A stretch of 61,548 nucleotides of DNA, the filler included, from Rhabdomonas costata (Eukaryota), in assembly GCA_019059605.1 (NCBI GenBank). It is 17 parts of 17 records of this genome, joined end to end, with 100 filler letters (N's around TTAATTAATTAA, not from the genome) between each part and the next. Parts side by side here need not be neighbours in the genome. Positions count along the whole stretch, not along the records: positions 10,909 to 14,437 come from JAHMHO010000755.1; positions 14,538 to 18,066 come from JAHMHO010000756.1; positions 18,167 to 21,682 come from JAHMHO010000757.1; positions 21,783 to 25,300 come from JAHMHO010000758.1; 13 more parts are not named here. One strand, written 5' to 3'. The notes beneath the pieces are model-generated. The model was not told where the DNA came from and did not search any database. It saw only the letters and a list, made by a program, of their open reading frames with translations. Positions 10,945 through 24,700 of the stretch are shown here, piece by piece (positions within the stretch are counted from its first letter, which is position 1; each line of letters opens with the position of its first letter). Position numbers and translations under genes: made by a program.

Positions 10945-12740
10945 TCTTGCCCATGTTCTCGTTCAGGGCAGGCACAGAACCCTTGCAGGGCGGCACCACT
11001 GTCATTGGGCACCCCAAAGCCTTCTTCAGCCTCCAGACTTTCAGCAAAGGGCGGAACGGATATCTCAACTGGAGCGAGCTCTGATATCCATGATACTTCG
11101 TCCTGTAGCCCCAGATTCACAGCGATGCAGCCCTGGTCATCGACATCACTTGAAACAAGGCTTGGCAATGGTTCAGCATCTGGAAATGGCACACTCTGGG
11201 GCTCACGCTCGGAAATCGGGCTTGAGCGGACCACCGGCATGTCCTGACCATTGCCCTGTTCCCAGGCTGCTGACGCTGTTTCGGTCAACAGAGCTGACAA
11301 CGAGCAGGCCGCTGCATCAGCGGGGAGTTCGTCGTGGTCGCACGGCGGGGAAGATACATGGAAGAACTCGGGAACATCAGCGGACCTGGATGCCAGGACA
11401 AAACAACGACGAAACAGGATCAGTGAGTCCCCGGTAGGCCCCGGTAGAAATGTGACACGCGCGGTGTGTGCAATGTGCGCATGTCACCAGCACAACGTTC
11501 GTCCGCAGCAAAACCTGGTACAAACGCCTCTGGACGTACATGACCTCGCAACTTCCAGAAAGTCTTATTTTTTAAATCATGCGTCTGCACCACGTGCAAA
11601 GGAACAGCGGTGCAGTACAAAACGACGGCATACAAGCTACAGGGAAAGTGGGGCACTCCATCCTCGCACCCATCGCAACTGCTATTTCGCAGAGTGACCA
11701 GCGACGAAAGGAAAAATCAATTTCATGATGACAACAACCTGTGCTGCGGAGGGCTACCCAAGGCAGCAGCAATGGTCTCGCCAGACGGGCCTCCAAGCGG
11801 TGGAGGGGTTGCTGGGGACGAAGGAGCCGAGGCTTCATCTTCAGCTGTAAGTGAATCACCTGTGGCAAGAGGCGTTCTGATCCAATGAAAACCACTGCAT
11901 ATGCTAACAGCGGGACAAAGGCGGAAAAGGAGCGGAAAAGGTACCTCGAGCGAAAGGGAGAAGTGGTTGTTCCTGGGGTGGTGGAGTTGCCGCGGAAGGT
12001 GGAGCCGAAGCCTCGGACGCGGCTGCAACAACATCAGCCTTCACAACAACGGCATCACCACCTGCAACAATGAGGAGATAAACTGAGGGCCAAAGCCGGA
12101 GGTCTTGTATACACTGCAGGTATCCCCAAAATGCTGCGGGGCATGTCCTTGGGGTCAGAATTTCCTGACCTTTCACCCTCGGCGGTGGTGCTCCTTGGTA
12201 GCTCATTCGTGTCCTTTTTGCGCTGCTTCTAGCCCTACACAGCTGAGGGTTGGGCGCGACCCTCCATTAACCGGTACTGAATGATGGAAAGGTTGGTTGA
12301 GGAACAGATCAATCCACATCGTCATCACTCAGAAAAACGCGAACAGCTAAGAAGAGAAAATCACCTCCAGCAACAGATAGCAGTTGATCCTCCTCCTGAG
12401 GCTTGTCCGGAACAGGGAGAAGTGGCGCACTACTCGCAGAGGGCCCGGTGCCACTGGATGGCTGCCTGAAGCTCCATTGCTGCGGTCGAACGGGTGGTGC
12501 GGATGGCTTTGGGCCACCCTCCATCGCACAGCGAGATTCAGGCTTTCCGGCTGACGTAGGCACGGGCTCCAGGGGCGCCAGCGCTCCAGAGCTGCGTGGC
12601 TTCTTGAGCAAAGGCTCATTTCCCCGACATTTTTCCTCAAGTATGCGCAGGCGTCTCAGCTGAAGAAACGACTCTTCGGGGTTCCGAGGAGCCGAAGAGG
12701 GGAGCCCACCACGCAGATCCTTAGGCTTCTTGGATGCCAT
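10945..12740 (-). CDS. Hypothetical low-complexity Pro/Ser/Ala-rich protein, 5' exons
   Basis: ATG at 12740 (MASKKPKDLRGG...). Phase-compatible GT-AG exons near 12740-12365, 12060-11945 and 11860-11758, then a long open block to ~10945. Confidence 0.45.
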
Positions 12741-14164
12741 CACACAAAATAAATTAAACAAAAAACACTTTCACAGCACTGCGTTACCAAAGTCCAGTGA
12801 ACAGCACACTGGCATTACAAACAGCAAAACAAAAATACACACGAAAACCCCTTGTATCCAGCGGACTGGCCCACACACGGGCTGGCAAACACGTTTTCGG
12901 TAACCGCTGCAATTCCTCAATAAATCAGAGCTCGGCTACACGATGCTATCGGGCATAAAAGCGGATCAAACTTCGGAGACACTCTGAGGATGGAGATTGC
13001 ACTAAAGATGAAGGGGGGGGGGGTAGGGAAGGAGGGAAGTTTGGAGGACCGCAAAGATCGAAAATACCCCCCCCCTTCAACATTAATCATGAATACACGC
13101 GCCGTGAGCCAATTTCAGCCAGACATTAGGGATACCTGCAACCTCAACCTCTGGACGCGCGCTGGCAAGGATCAAGAATAAACGAATGTTAGGGTAAGAA
13201 TGCTGCACATAAGTTCACAGCGCCAAGTGTCAGGCAAGTCAAGCAAAGCGCTGACGTCCCCAATATTACCGCAGGACACACAGACACACAGGCGGGCAAC
13301 GATGCGCACGCAAAGACAGCGTCAACAAACGAAAGTGTGCAATAAAAGAAAGCACCGCCCCCGAAGCCCACGTCATGGACGCAGCTGTACTGTACTGTGG
13401 GCTGACGGTGCAGAGGCGATGGAAGCGATTTCATTCGCTCACAAGAAGACAATGACGCAACACACTTCACATTGAAGGAAAAGGCGTGATGATGTATTCA
13501 ATGACTCCACTTCTCCGAGGAACCAGCGCCGGCGGGGGAGTGGACAAAAAATCCAAAATAGAAAAAAAGGAAGTACAGAAAAGCACAAGGGAGAACGAAA
13601 AACAGAAAAGCATTTTCACTCTCTGGGGAGGGGGGAGGTCAAAAAAGGCTGCGCAACCGCGACAGTGGCCTTTCCAGCGGTTCTTTTATCTCCTGCTCCC
13701 ACACACACACACTCTCTCTTGCCAATTATTCGTTTCATGGAATCCAGCCTGAGGGTTTGTGGATACCTTGCAAAAAGACCATGCCGGAAAGGGGGCAAAC
13801 GCTCATAAAAGTGGCTACAAGAACTGCTGGCAGTGCAAAGTCTGGAAAACGTGCGCAGGGGGTGTTCAGGGAGAGATCCCTGAAGAGATGTTCCTGCGGC
13901 ACAGGGAAAAATCAGGGAAGAATCAAGTCGCACAAAAAAAGCACATTAAAAAACGCCTGTAAATCGTGAAGCGTGGGGGAAAAAAATAGTCAGGAAACCT
14001 GCTTGGACCTGCCTTGTACCCCATCCACCAGCATCACCGGGGAGCTGCGGTTTGTGCAAGTGTTCACATAAAACAGAACCATCGCCGCCCTGTTGCAATC
14101 ATTTTTCCCTGCCCCGTATTGCCCACAAAACCATCTCGCTGCTTCCTGCTTTCCCCTCTCCTTC

Positions 14165-14335
14165 TCACTTGTTAAGGACACGAAGAATCCCATCCCGAAC
14201 CGGGGTGCCCGCGGTTCCTGGGGTGCAATGTTCCAACATCACCCGAGAGGGCCCGTCCGAGGGCACCTGCCGGGAAGCCTCCATGAAATACGGCCGCGCA
14301 GCCTCCAGCCGACCCTCCAGGAACAAGCAAAGCCC
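14165..14335 (-). CDS. Terminal exon of a class III adenylyl/guanylyl cyclase-type protein
   Basis: cag| then GLCLFLEGRLEAARPYFMEASRQVPSDGPSRVMLEHC...RDGILRVLNK*. This matches the P.DGPS...L.RC...WDGV....K tail of these cyclases. Confidence 0.6.
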   Translation of the reverse strand, partial: GLCLFLEGRLEAARPYFMEASRQVPSDGPSRVMLEHCTPGTAGTPVRDGILRVLNK

Positions 14336-16905
14336 CTGAGGTCCATACAGACACGCCGCAAACGGCACAACATACTCAGCGCGCGATTCATTTTTTATTC
14401 TTCATACTATTTGCATTTTTACCATCCCCCACCACACNNNNNNNNNNNNNNNNNNNNNNNNNNNNNNNNNNNNNNNNNNNNTTAATTAATTAANNNNNNN
14501 NNNNNNNNNNNNNNNNNNNNNNNNNNNNNNNNNNNNNGTTTGATGGAGAAAGTTCCTGCTCCCCTCAGTTTTTCTTCACGGGCCTTGCCATCTGGCGGAG
14601 CCCTGAAAGTGTCTGTTGACACTTTGATACTAATGCCTGTACTGTACTTGTAGTCTGTGGAGAGGACATGCGGCCCTCTTCCCCCTGCCTCAATCCAATT
14701 AACCGCAGGCCGAAACAAGGGTAATAGCAGAATTCGCATGTTTGGAGTGCAGAAGGATGGTCAAATCTGCGTTGAATCAACGTGCATAAGGTGGAAGGGA
14801 GGGCGGTATTGTTTGAAAAAGAAATGAGCTGATCAAGGGAATGGAAACGAGCCACTGCTGCGTGCGGGAGCGATGGATGTGGTATGATTTGGTATTGCAG
14901 GCGAAATTACTCACTGTTGCACTTTGTGTTTGTTTCTGACCATTTTTCGTCCCCTTCCCTCCAACAATGGCAACTCAAGTGATGGAAAGGAAGAGGAAGT
15001 CGTCGACAGTGATGCGCATGCTCGCTGCCTCGACGGAGGTTTGTAGCGGGCGCTTCTTTTGCTTTGTTGCATCACAGCACTTTCGTTGGAAGTAGGGAAG
15101 GTGCATTTCTCGTACGTCGGTGGGCACGCCGTTCCCCCGCTAGCGAAGTGCTCCGCGTCTGCTTGAGGTACCTCACGGGGTGTGCCAGGCTGCCAACCGC
15201 TTTTACAACCAGCAAGAGCTTCCCTCCCTTCGGGGAGTTGAGAATGCTGCAGAGCGGAACCTTCGTTGGTTCGTTGTTCCTCAGTGGGCAAAGCGGTCTG
15301 AATGACTTTTGGAAGAACTCCGAATGAGCTTGCGGTTCATGGCGGTTTGTGCGGATGGTTTGGCGGGTGGACCAGGAATTCGGGGGCGCGGTTGTTCATG
15401 GGAACTTTGTCGCCCTCCCGACTCCCGACGAGTACCGAGAGCAGATTGCGATCAAGTACATCATTCAAATTGTCTATGTAAACATGGTGCGCTTGTGAGT
15501 GTAGAAAACACTCTTTCGCATCACATTTGACATGAGTCTGAGAGTGTTTTTTTCTGCCTGGAATGGGGTTATCCCGGGAGGTGCGAGGGGCTGTGTACGA
15601 GTTTTTGATTGGACAGTATTGTTACCGACACTCACCCATCTGGAGAAGGATTATAATTCTCATGGCTTCTGAATTTGTTGGATTGCGTTGGATTGGCGTG
15701 GAAGTACTTTCCAGTTTTCAGGTTACCCGTATCGAAGGCATTAAATTTTGTACTCCTGTCTTCTGCTTTTTTCTTCTGCCATTTTTCACCGCCGCACCTC
15801 CCGCATCCCGCACAACGGAAACAGGGCATAGCTCTTTGCTGGATGGTCCTGACCAGCACGCAGCTGCAGTATCGCGAGATTGTGCAGGATAGGCCTGATG
15901 CTGAAAAACTTGGTGTGCAATGGTCTCTTCTGTCCCGGCCAGCGGTGCAGTTCAGAAGTCATCCGCTCTGTTATGGCTCGATCAGGCAGCTGTCAACCCA
16001 GTTTTCGTGCCCCTGCACTGTTAATCGCAAGGAAAAGGCGAAAGTCATAAGCCCCCAAGCCCTCCACATGTTGATTTCCGCCGGAAAGCAAGGCATTACC
16101 CCAATTCCCCGCTGGTATCGTCACCATCCAGTCCGGGCGCCTTCTCCTTCTTGCTCTTCAGCTTTCTGATTGTGGGTACGTCAGAGAGATACGTTTGGGG
16201 GTCTTTTGGGGGTTCACAGGGTGGCCGGAGACTCCAGAGCGGTGGCGGTTTGCCGCAGTCTGCTTTCAGATGGTGCAGGCGTGTGTTTTGGACGTTTTCG
16301 AGCCCGGAGCGATTCTCCTGGAGATGAATTCCTCATTTTACCGTTCTAGGTTTTGGAGGTCTTCCAGCAGCACCCGTTTATCCTCCTCTGTCAACCTCAG
16401 GACCTTCTCCAATCGTCAGGGGTCACCCGGAAGGACCACGTGCTTCGGCTGAAATCTTCATCTTTTTTGAAATGGGCCCCTGGGACCGGAGGACCTGGCA
16501 CAGCGCATTACTAATGGCGCAGCGCATTACGTGACGTATAGGTCCAGGCGGGGAAGTTGGGGATGTGGTGATTTGTACGTGAACCCCCTCTTTCATCGGG
16601 GTGTTTTCTATGCGCAAAAGAGAATGGATGAGTCGATGCAGATGTTCTCTCGCTGGGAATAATAGAAGAAGGTAAGTTTTGCGGGGGGTTACGTGGTGAT
16701 ACTGGTGCCGCATGTGGTTTTCTGAACGTCGGAGCGGCCGGATGGGTGCTTTCTAGGTGGGGGCTCACCCAGGACAGTTATGCCGTTTGGATTTGAACTC
16801 GGACCAGGGGATGGAGGGAGGGAGGCGATTGTAGGGTGGGTAAGGAGAATTTTTCCCAGTGGAACCAGGTGGACCACAATTGGATCATTCTGGGAACTTG
16901 CCCAG

Positions 16906-17982
16906 GACCAGGAGGGCGGGGTGGCGCTGGTCGTGCTGGCGGTGCCCCGCAACCTCCGGAGGCTGTGCATCATGGACGAGAACGACGACGATGACTACAA
17001 GCAGATCATCTCCCACGGCCGCCGAATAGGTTTGCAAGGGTTCTGGGGAAGAAGTGTGATGTGGCACCTGAAGAAGTCAGGGAGGTTTTTGCATACCAGA
17101 GTGAGGTCAAGCCACACATCTGAACAAGAAGTCAACAAGTCAAGTGATGAATGAGTGTGAATGAGTGTGGGTGGGCGGTTGGCTGCTCGCCTAATTGGTC
17201 TTGCCCTGTCCTATCCTGCTGTCCTGTGCTGTCCACTTGTATTCCTGCCCGCTTGTTGTGTTTCTCTTCTATTCTTCTGTACTTTCTGAATGTCTCCGCC
17301 ACATTTCTGGAGAATATTCAACACGCGGAAAAAAGTTGCGGTCGTTTGTATTTGATCAAAGTATCCTTTTTTATGCAACCACCCCTTCGGTTTCCACTGC
17401 AGGTAAAAGATCCGCAACCCCCCCCCCCCCCCCGCATATTAAACTGAAGGCGCCGTGCTGATCGCTGTGGTGGGCCGGGATGCGAGCTCTCCAGACGAAG
17501 CAGGCCGCAAGAAAGCCGCCCGGGCGCCTGCCCTGCCCTCCTCGTGCCGGCTCAAGAAGGCTGCTGACCCCGGGGGCCTCCCCGAAGATGCTCTGTACCA
17601 TCCGGTTCCGTGCTTCTTTTTTTCACACGAACGCACGCACATACTCTCTGACTCTCTCTTTGAATTTTGTGCTGTATCGCTTCCCTGTCTTCATTCTGTG
17701 GTTTATTGCTTGAATGCCCATTGTCTTCCCTAGCCTCCTGAACAGTGCCTCTTCCTGGAGAGTATCCCACACTAAAAGTGTACCTTCAGATAGATATCTG
17801 CAATCTCTCGACATGACATGCCATATTATGTCAGGCTGCAAACAAAACCTTGAAAGGGTGACTCTCTTCACACTCCGCCACTCAAGGATCTTGAGCGGTT
17901 GTTCGAGGCGCAGCCCCAGCTGGTGGACTTCAAGGAAAAGAAGCTCTTCTTCTCCTTCCGCAGCAGTCTGAGCGAGGTTCAG
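16906..17982 (+). CDS. Hypothetical protein, three internal exons
   Basis: GC-rich AG/GT-bounded blocks in compatible phase: DQEGGVALVVLAVP..., GAVLIAVVGRD..., DLERLFEAQPQL...SEVQ. Confidence 0.5.
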
Positions 17983-19300
17983 GTGCACAGAGTGCCCTGT
18001 GGTTATCCCTACTCATATCTTTTTCCATCGATTGGCTCGATGGTGGTCAAAGAATCAACCCCAACCNNNNNNNNNNNNNNNNNNNNNNNNNNNNNNNNNN
18101 NNNNNNNNNNTTAATTAATTAANNNNNNNNNNNNNNNNNNNNNNNNNNNNNNNNNNNNNNNNNNNNGTGGGTGTGTTTGGGTTTTGTGTTTCGCGCACGC
18201 TGGTCTGGTAGGGTGTGAGCTTGAGTTCGGCGAGGCAGCCAGTCAGCGCTATCACTCGTTCAAAAGCAGGAGAATATTCGGTAGCCCGCTGGAGGCAGAA
18301 ACACCCCCTCGTTTCTGGAAGGCCTAACACTCTCGTCTTTCCAGAGATACGAGCATCCTCGGATGCTCAACGTGTTCCGGAATCCCTTTCCATTGCTTTA
18401 CCTCTAAGGTCGCCCTACACCCACTCAGCCTCTCAATGATGCGCAGGAAAAATAGCTGTTGTCGCGCCTTCTTTTGTAGGGGTGGCAAGGGTCGCAGTCG
18501 GACTGCTGCCGCTGGCGCTTCGGGCGCTGGTCCGGGTCCTGACAGTGATCCTAGCGGTGGGGCGCATGCTGCTGAGGCTTCGGGGGGTGCAGACTGTGCT
18601 CATGGCCGCTGCTCTGCTCGCCGTAGGTCATCATCGTTTCGTTCTTTTTTGTTACGAGAAGCCCCCCTCCTCGTTTCTTCTTCGCAAGGCGTTGATGGCG
18701 CTGTGTCGTTGTTTGCTTTGATTTATGAAACTATGTAGTATTTGTGGCTCAGTGGTCTGTGGGAAAGCAAGCAGGGGGCTGAAGTCGCGCAGGATACATG
18801 CCTTGGGCTTCTTGGCGCAAATGGCGCCAAGGTCAATACTCTACCCCCAGCAAGAGTTGAAGGCCAATGACTGGCCGGGGTACCAGCAGAGTGCCGCTTT
18901 TGGGTATCCGTGCAGGAATGTACACTCTGTACTGTGTTGAGTGCTGTGTAACATAGGATATGGCGGCCTGTGGGGCCGCCAGTGGGTGTTGGACGCGAAT
19001 TGAACACGACAGGACACCGCCCGTGCGTGTAGTGCTGTGCTGGGAGGACCCTGCTCAGCAATACGATGTAACACATGAGGAAAACATGGCATATTCATGG
19101 CAAAACTTTGTGGTATGCCACGCGGTAAACTCAAAACTGCAACTTATTACTTGACTGTTCATAACATTTTTAAGCCACGAAAAGGAATCCATGACACTTG
19201 CGATGATTGCCCGGAAAACGCCCGGGAAAGGGGGCGCGTGAAATGTACAGATCAGCAGCCACCCAACCACATAACAACACACACACACACACACACGCAC

Positions 19301-21035
19301 CCCACGGTGGGGATGAAGTTGGCCACCAGGTTGAGCACCCCCCACATTAGAGCCAGGTCGACGCCAAGGAAGGAGTAGATCCCAAAGAGCCCGGCCGCCA
19401 CGACTGCAGAGACCGCGAACTTGATCAGAATGTACGAGCGGATCTGCTGGTCGATCCGCTGATACAGGCTGCCCTTGGGGAGGTACAGATGGTGGTGGAT
19501 ATCCCACTACACTCGCAAGCAAGGGTGTATAAAGTGGATTTCCCATAATTTCGAGGGAGAATATTTGTACTGCTTCAATTTCAAGGACGTACACTGAGTT
19601 TATTTGAATGTGTGTGCGGGGGTCACATTAATGCACGTCGCAATTGCGACATGAAGCTGACCTTAGGAGAATAGGTGCGGCTGTAATTTCTGGCGTCGCC
19701 ATCAGGCGCGGTAACGCTTGTGACAGCTCACAAAAACGCATATTAACCGCCATCTTATTACACGACTTTGGTCCGTTTCAATGCAAAACACAACAAATTC
19801 GTTCCACTCAGCAGTTGCACACTTCTCGCGAAGCTAAAGTGCCAAAGAGTGGGAAATGAAGTGAGTACTCTGATTCGTTTAATGTGTCCGTGTCGGCGGG
19901 CGGACTGGCTGCGTGGGAGGGAGGGTCAAAGGCTGCAGCGCGCCGCACTTGCTTGGGCTGAATCGGAACCACCAGCAGGAATGCCAAGAAGATCAGCACG
20001 AACGTGGTGCGCTCCACAACAAAGCTGACATGGTTGGGGAGCTGCACCACAAAGGCATTCAGCATTCCCAGAACTTCAGGAAGCACGCCGTCGTCCCTCA
20101 GGTCCACCTGCGAAAGAAAAAAAGGCACAATTATTCCGTTTTGCCTCAGCACTCCCACATGTACGGAAGACTTCCGCATCTGAATACGTGATCATGCGGA
20201 GAGCGTCGCGAAACGTAACCAGTGTAACCAATGATCGAATGCTAGTGTCTGGCAACTGCGGTTGGTTGGACGGGTAAACTTACAGTTCTTTCTCTTATCG
20301 CTGTTCTGGGGGTTTTAACAGGGGGGGGGGCATATCTAGCCTCTTCAGCTGGCCTCGGGAATGTCACCATTCGTCGGGGCCTCATCGGAAAGGGGCACAA
20401 CCGGCCCAAATCGTCACCCTATTCGTTGGTGACATACACCATGGTCACTCCCGGACCGGACCGGACCTAGCATTGACCTCAGAACTTGAGCTAGAGTGAC
20501 GGGCTGGGGCTCAATTTTGGTGGTATGGTGGAACTTCTGAACTGAGTTGGTCGACCGCTTCCCCACTTTTTTTTGTCTACACACAGGCTTGGAAGGACCG
20601 TTTTTTTTGCGTTTCACTTGTACTTGGGTTTTGATAAGAGACAGAACTGTAGGATGGTACAACGTCCGCCCACCTGCACGCCGGTGTGCCAGGACAAATT
20701 TAAGGTAATGTTTCTTGTTGGTATTGACGCGAGTGTATCCTCTCGTCCACAGTCAAAGAGCAGGTGATAAGTGTTCAAAACCAGAACCTCAGTTGCAGAA
20801 GGCCGGTAAATCCGGCCAGAAGCGGCAACAACAAAAACGGTGCGGGACCTTGAGATACGTCAGCAGCTTCTGCACCTGAGTGGCGACAATCATTGCCCCG
20901 TGGATATACTTGTCCCGCATTGCTTGTAAGGCGTACACCGAACACAGCACAAGGTACCCCAGCACAACAATCGTACTCAGGCAAACCATCACCGCAGCCA
21001 CAGCGCAAATCCATCGCGGCATGAAGCACCGCAAC
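19301..21035 (-). CDS. AI-2E (TqsA/PerM) family transporter, partial, 3 exons
   Basis: GT-AG exons: 21035-20849 (MPRWICAVAAV...DKY), 20107-19949 (..FVLIFLAFLL), 19473-19301 (RIDQQIRSYILIKFAVS..LGVDLALMWGVLNLVANFIPTVG, the AI-2E signature). Confidence 0.82.
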
Positions 21036-21789
21036 CTGACAGGAAGACAAAACATGCTCGCCGATCAAAAACCCAGTTCACTGGAAAGTGGGGATGCAGT
21101 TCTTGCGCCAACGGCTGGAGAAAAAAAATCAAGATCAACAGGATGGGGGGGCACTCCATAACGCGCCATACCCTTCTTGTGGTGCTGTTTCCCCACTGGA
21201 AACCTTTCACCTTTTCTCGCATTAAAGAAAAGGAACCCCGAGGTGAAAAGTGTCTGACTTGATATCCCATGTGAATCCATCACTCACGACTTTTCGCGTT
21301 ATCAGCTGAGTCAGTTGTTCAGACCTTTCCACTCATTTTTTTGAGTGAGAAAGAGAGAAAGTCAGGGGTTTGGGAGCGCGTATGCGCGTTGTGATACCCG
21401 AGACAAGCATTGCAATATACGACCAAACGACCAAAAAAGCGGGGGCAAACACTCCCGTCGAGGCCCGCCCCGCAGCGGTTAAAGTGCTCACGTCCTATGT
21501 TCGGGTAACTGAGAATGAACACTACATCATCGACTTACAGTGACCTTACCAGGACCACGACTCTAGGGGTTACCCTATTTTCCTAGCACATTGTGTGCCA
21601 GAACAAAAGGCCGGAGGCTGCAAGGAGAGAAAGCGGGCACAATGAGCGGGAAAGAAAACAAACCCCCAATCACACCCAACACNNNNNNNNNNNNNNNNNN
21701 NNNNNNNNNNNNNNNNNNNNNNNNNNTTAATTAATTAANNNNNNNNNNNNNNNNNNNNNNNNNNNNNNNNNNNNNNNNNNNNGGTTTGG

Positions 21790-24700
21790 TGTGACCGTCG
21801 AACTTGCTCACATATGTGTGAAGATGAGGACCAATGTGCTCAATGCAAAGGTCCGGTGGCTTTTCTGTTGCCCTAGGAGCCCCAGCTGAAGCCTGCGCTG
21901 GCGTCTACCTCACGGCTGTGTTTGATGCGAGAATGGCCGCGAGTCAAGGTGGCCTGTCTCTTTTATCATGCGTTCCGCTAGGGGTCTTTCCTATGCTTCC
22001 AAGACGTGTGCTTTCAGCGTTTTAGCATTTCGTTCATTAGCAAACTTCACTGTGGGGAGGGGAGAACAATTTTCGACCGGGATTTTTCTTTGCTGAAATT
22101 GCAGCTGTCCGCCCTGCTGGTTTTTTTTGGGCTCTCATTTGCACCTTCTTTCCTCCCCGTCAGGCTGCTGCACTTTCCCCGGTGATCCACATCTACGTGG
22201 GGTGCAGCTCCGCGGGAGACCTCTCCGCCTTGCGCGAGTTGGCGCACGGCCTCAAGCAGTTCTTGTTAGACCGGTACGCACACCGCATCAACAGCCCCAT
22301 CTCCACCCCCCATTCCCTTTGTCACGTGCATTTGGATTGGCCGTAATATACGTTCATTTTCTCGGTTCAAAGGGATACCAAGGTGGACCGTAGCTTCCAC
22401 ACGCTGACCCGGGCCACCGCGGCGCCGTACTTCACTACAGTGCTACAGCTGCTGGCCAACATCCCTGTGGTGCCCCCCGTGGAGCCCGGCGAGACCGGTC
22501 CGCCCCCCTTTCCCATCTCTCCCACTGTCCAGAAAAGGTGCGTTCCCCACACTGCGATCTATTTGATATATATATCAAATATATAATTGATATATAGCAT
22601 AACGCGGGGAGCAGAGTGTTACGGAGGGGCGCCTGTCTGCCAAGAAAACGTTAGCTGGATATGTTTGTACGCTGGAATTTATCAGGGCGCAGAGAACGCG
22701 CTATTTAGGAATTTCCCTTGGTGTTGCATCACTTCTGCGTTCCGCATCCACCCAGCTGGTTGATGGCCAGATCAAACCTATCGCCTTGTGCTGCTTCCTG
22801 ATGTGAAGCGTCCAGTTCCTTCTTTTGCTCCCATATTCTACACTGGCTTCTCCGGCTGCTGCCTATTCCCTTATTCCCTGTGCCAGGACCGTTTTGGACC
22901 CGAGTGAAGCGCCACGTGGAGCTCTTCGAGTCCCTGGTGGGGGTCAGCCGCACTCCGAACACCATGACCCCGGCCCTGCTAAACATTTGCCTGAAGCATG
23001 GGAAGGTGGCCCTGGAGGGAGGGAGGGAGTTGGAGAGCTCTGTGCTCAGTTTGGATTTGGCACCACCGCAGAAACGCATACACGAAAAAGCAAACTCGCT
23101 CTGTGATTTGACGCGGGAGACAAGCCCGAGGAGAGTTGGACCGCGGTGCCGCCGTACCGAGTGGCTCAGGTAGGACGTTGCCTGGAGGATAGTTTATGGC
23201 GTCTACGTGGCCATGGACATCAAAAACTGATACATCTGTGGGGGCTACTGAGAGAGAAGGAGGAGGCAGATCCTCCCCAGCCTACTTTCCGACCTCACCG
23301 TTTAGCAACGTTTACCGTTTTAACAACGTAAGCCGTTTGACCCCCCCCCCTCCAAGGCGAAATCGGACATTAGGAATCCTTAGCAATTTCTGTACACTAG
23401 GCCCTGCGGCTCAGGGCATAATCATTTTCCCAGGGGCCCAAATTCGAGGTACGGTTAACGCACCCCACAAAAGAGAAACGAGCACCACGATAAGGCAAGC
23501 GTCTGCACCCCCCGCCCAATGGGGAAGTGGTGTGATCGAGAGCGTCCCTCCGTCCGTCTGCTCGGGCTGCCTTCGCTTCTCAGTGTGCGATCCTAGTTTT
23601 TCGCCTTGCGTTTGCTTGTTTCCCCGTCCTCGCACCCCTCGCGCAAGTGTGGGGTAGTTTCTGCTTTTCTGCGTGGCGGGGGTGGGACAGACACTTTTGG
23701 ATAAGTTTCTGAAGCTGCTTCCCGCTCTGGCGGAAGGAGAACGGGACGCTGCATTGATGCGGCAGCTTCTGGCACATGCCCAGGGGGTGGCCATTGTGCT
23801 CCAGGCGTGTGAACTGTGTTAGTGGGTGCAAGTTGATTGGTAGGGGTAGTTTTTAATTCTCTGTGCAGCCCATCCAGCCAGCTGCTGCAGCGTTGCAACG
23901 TAGGTGGGCCCACTGATTCACTAAGTCTGACCTTTGACGTGTAGTGGTGGTGAGGAGGCTTCTTGCGCGTCTTGTGCCTTGCACCTGCTCTGGTTCCCAA
24001 CCGACGGGTGGGATGGTGGGGGAAGGGGGCGCAAGAAGTAGCTTTGCCGTGATCTACTCAGTTACGAGATTTTTTGCGTGGAGAAGGGTCAGGCCAGAAA
24101 TTAACACCTGCCAACCATGCGGTTTGATGTGATGAGAAGCACCGGGCAAAGGCCTTCTTGTTTGGTTTCCTTTTTGTATTTGCCTCCTGAGCTTTGCACC
24201 TTCCAATGGTACCCATGATATTCGGCTGTGTCTGCCTTCCCTATCATCCCAGGAGATTAGCAGGCACTGTGCCACGGCCGAGGGCATTGGGGCGCGTGCT
24301 GCGGCGGCAATCCCTCTTGCGAAGACCCTGGAACAGTTCCTGCAGCGAACCCAGCAGCTTCTGCAAGGCGTTCCGCATGGCAAGCGCTGCGTGATCGGTC
24401 GTCCCACACACGCACACACGCACTTCGCACTTCGCTTCTCGTTCTTTTTTCTGAGCTGGTGACTTCCTGAATTGTAATTTTGGTTGAGATTGGCTCTCTA
24501 TATATACAGTTCTAACTCTGACGCAGAACGGTCCAAAAACGGCCTCGAACTTTGGTGAAAACCCAAGCACAATGCCCCGCTCAGGCATCCGCAAACCATG
24601 CTCCTGGGCTCTGCCCTGGGTCCACTGTATGCAGCCCATTGTGGACAATGGATCAATCGGTATGCACGCCCGCACGAACAGACGCATGGATGGATGGGCG

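Noticed and set aside
10909-11407. ~30 bp inverted repeat between the contig start and ~11372-11401
   Set aside because: A perfect match at the extreme contig end next to a G/T primer tail; typical amplification template-switch artefact.
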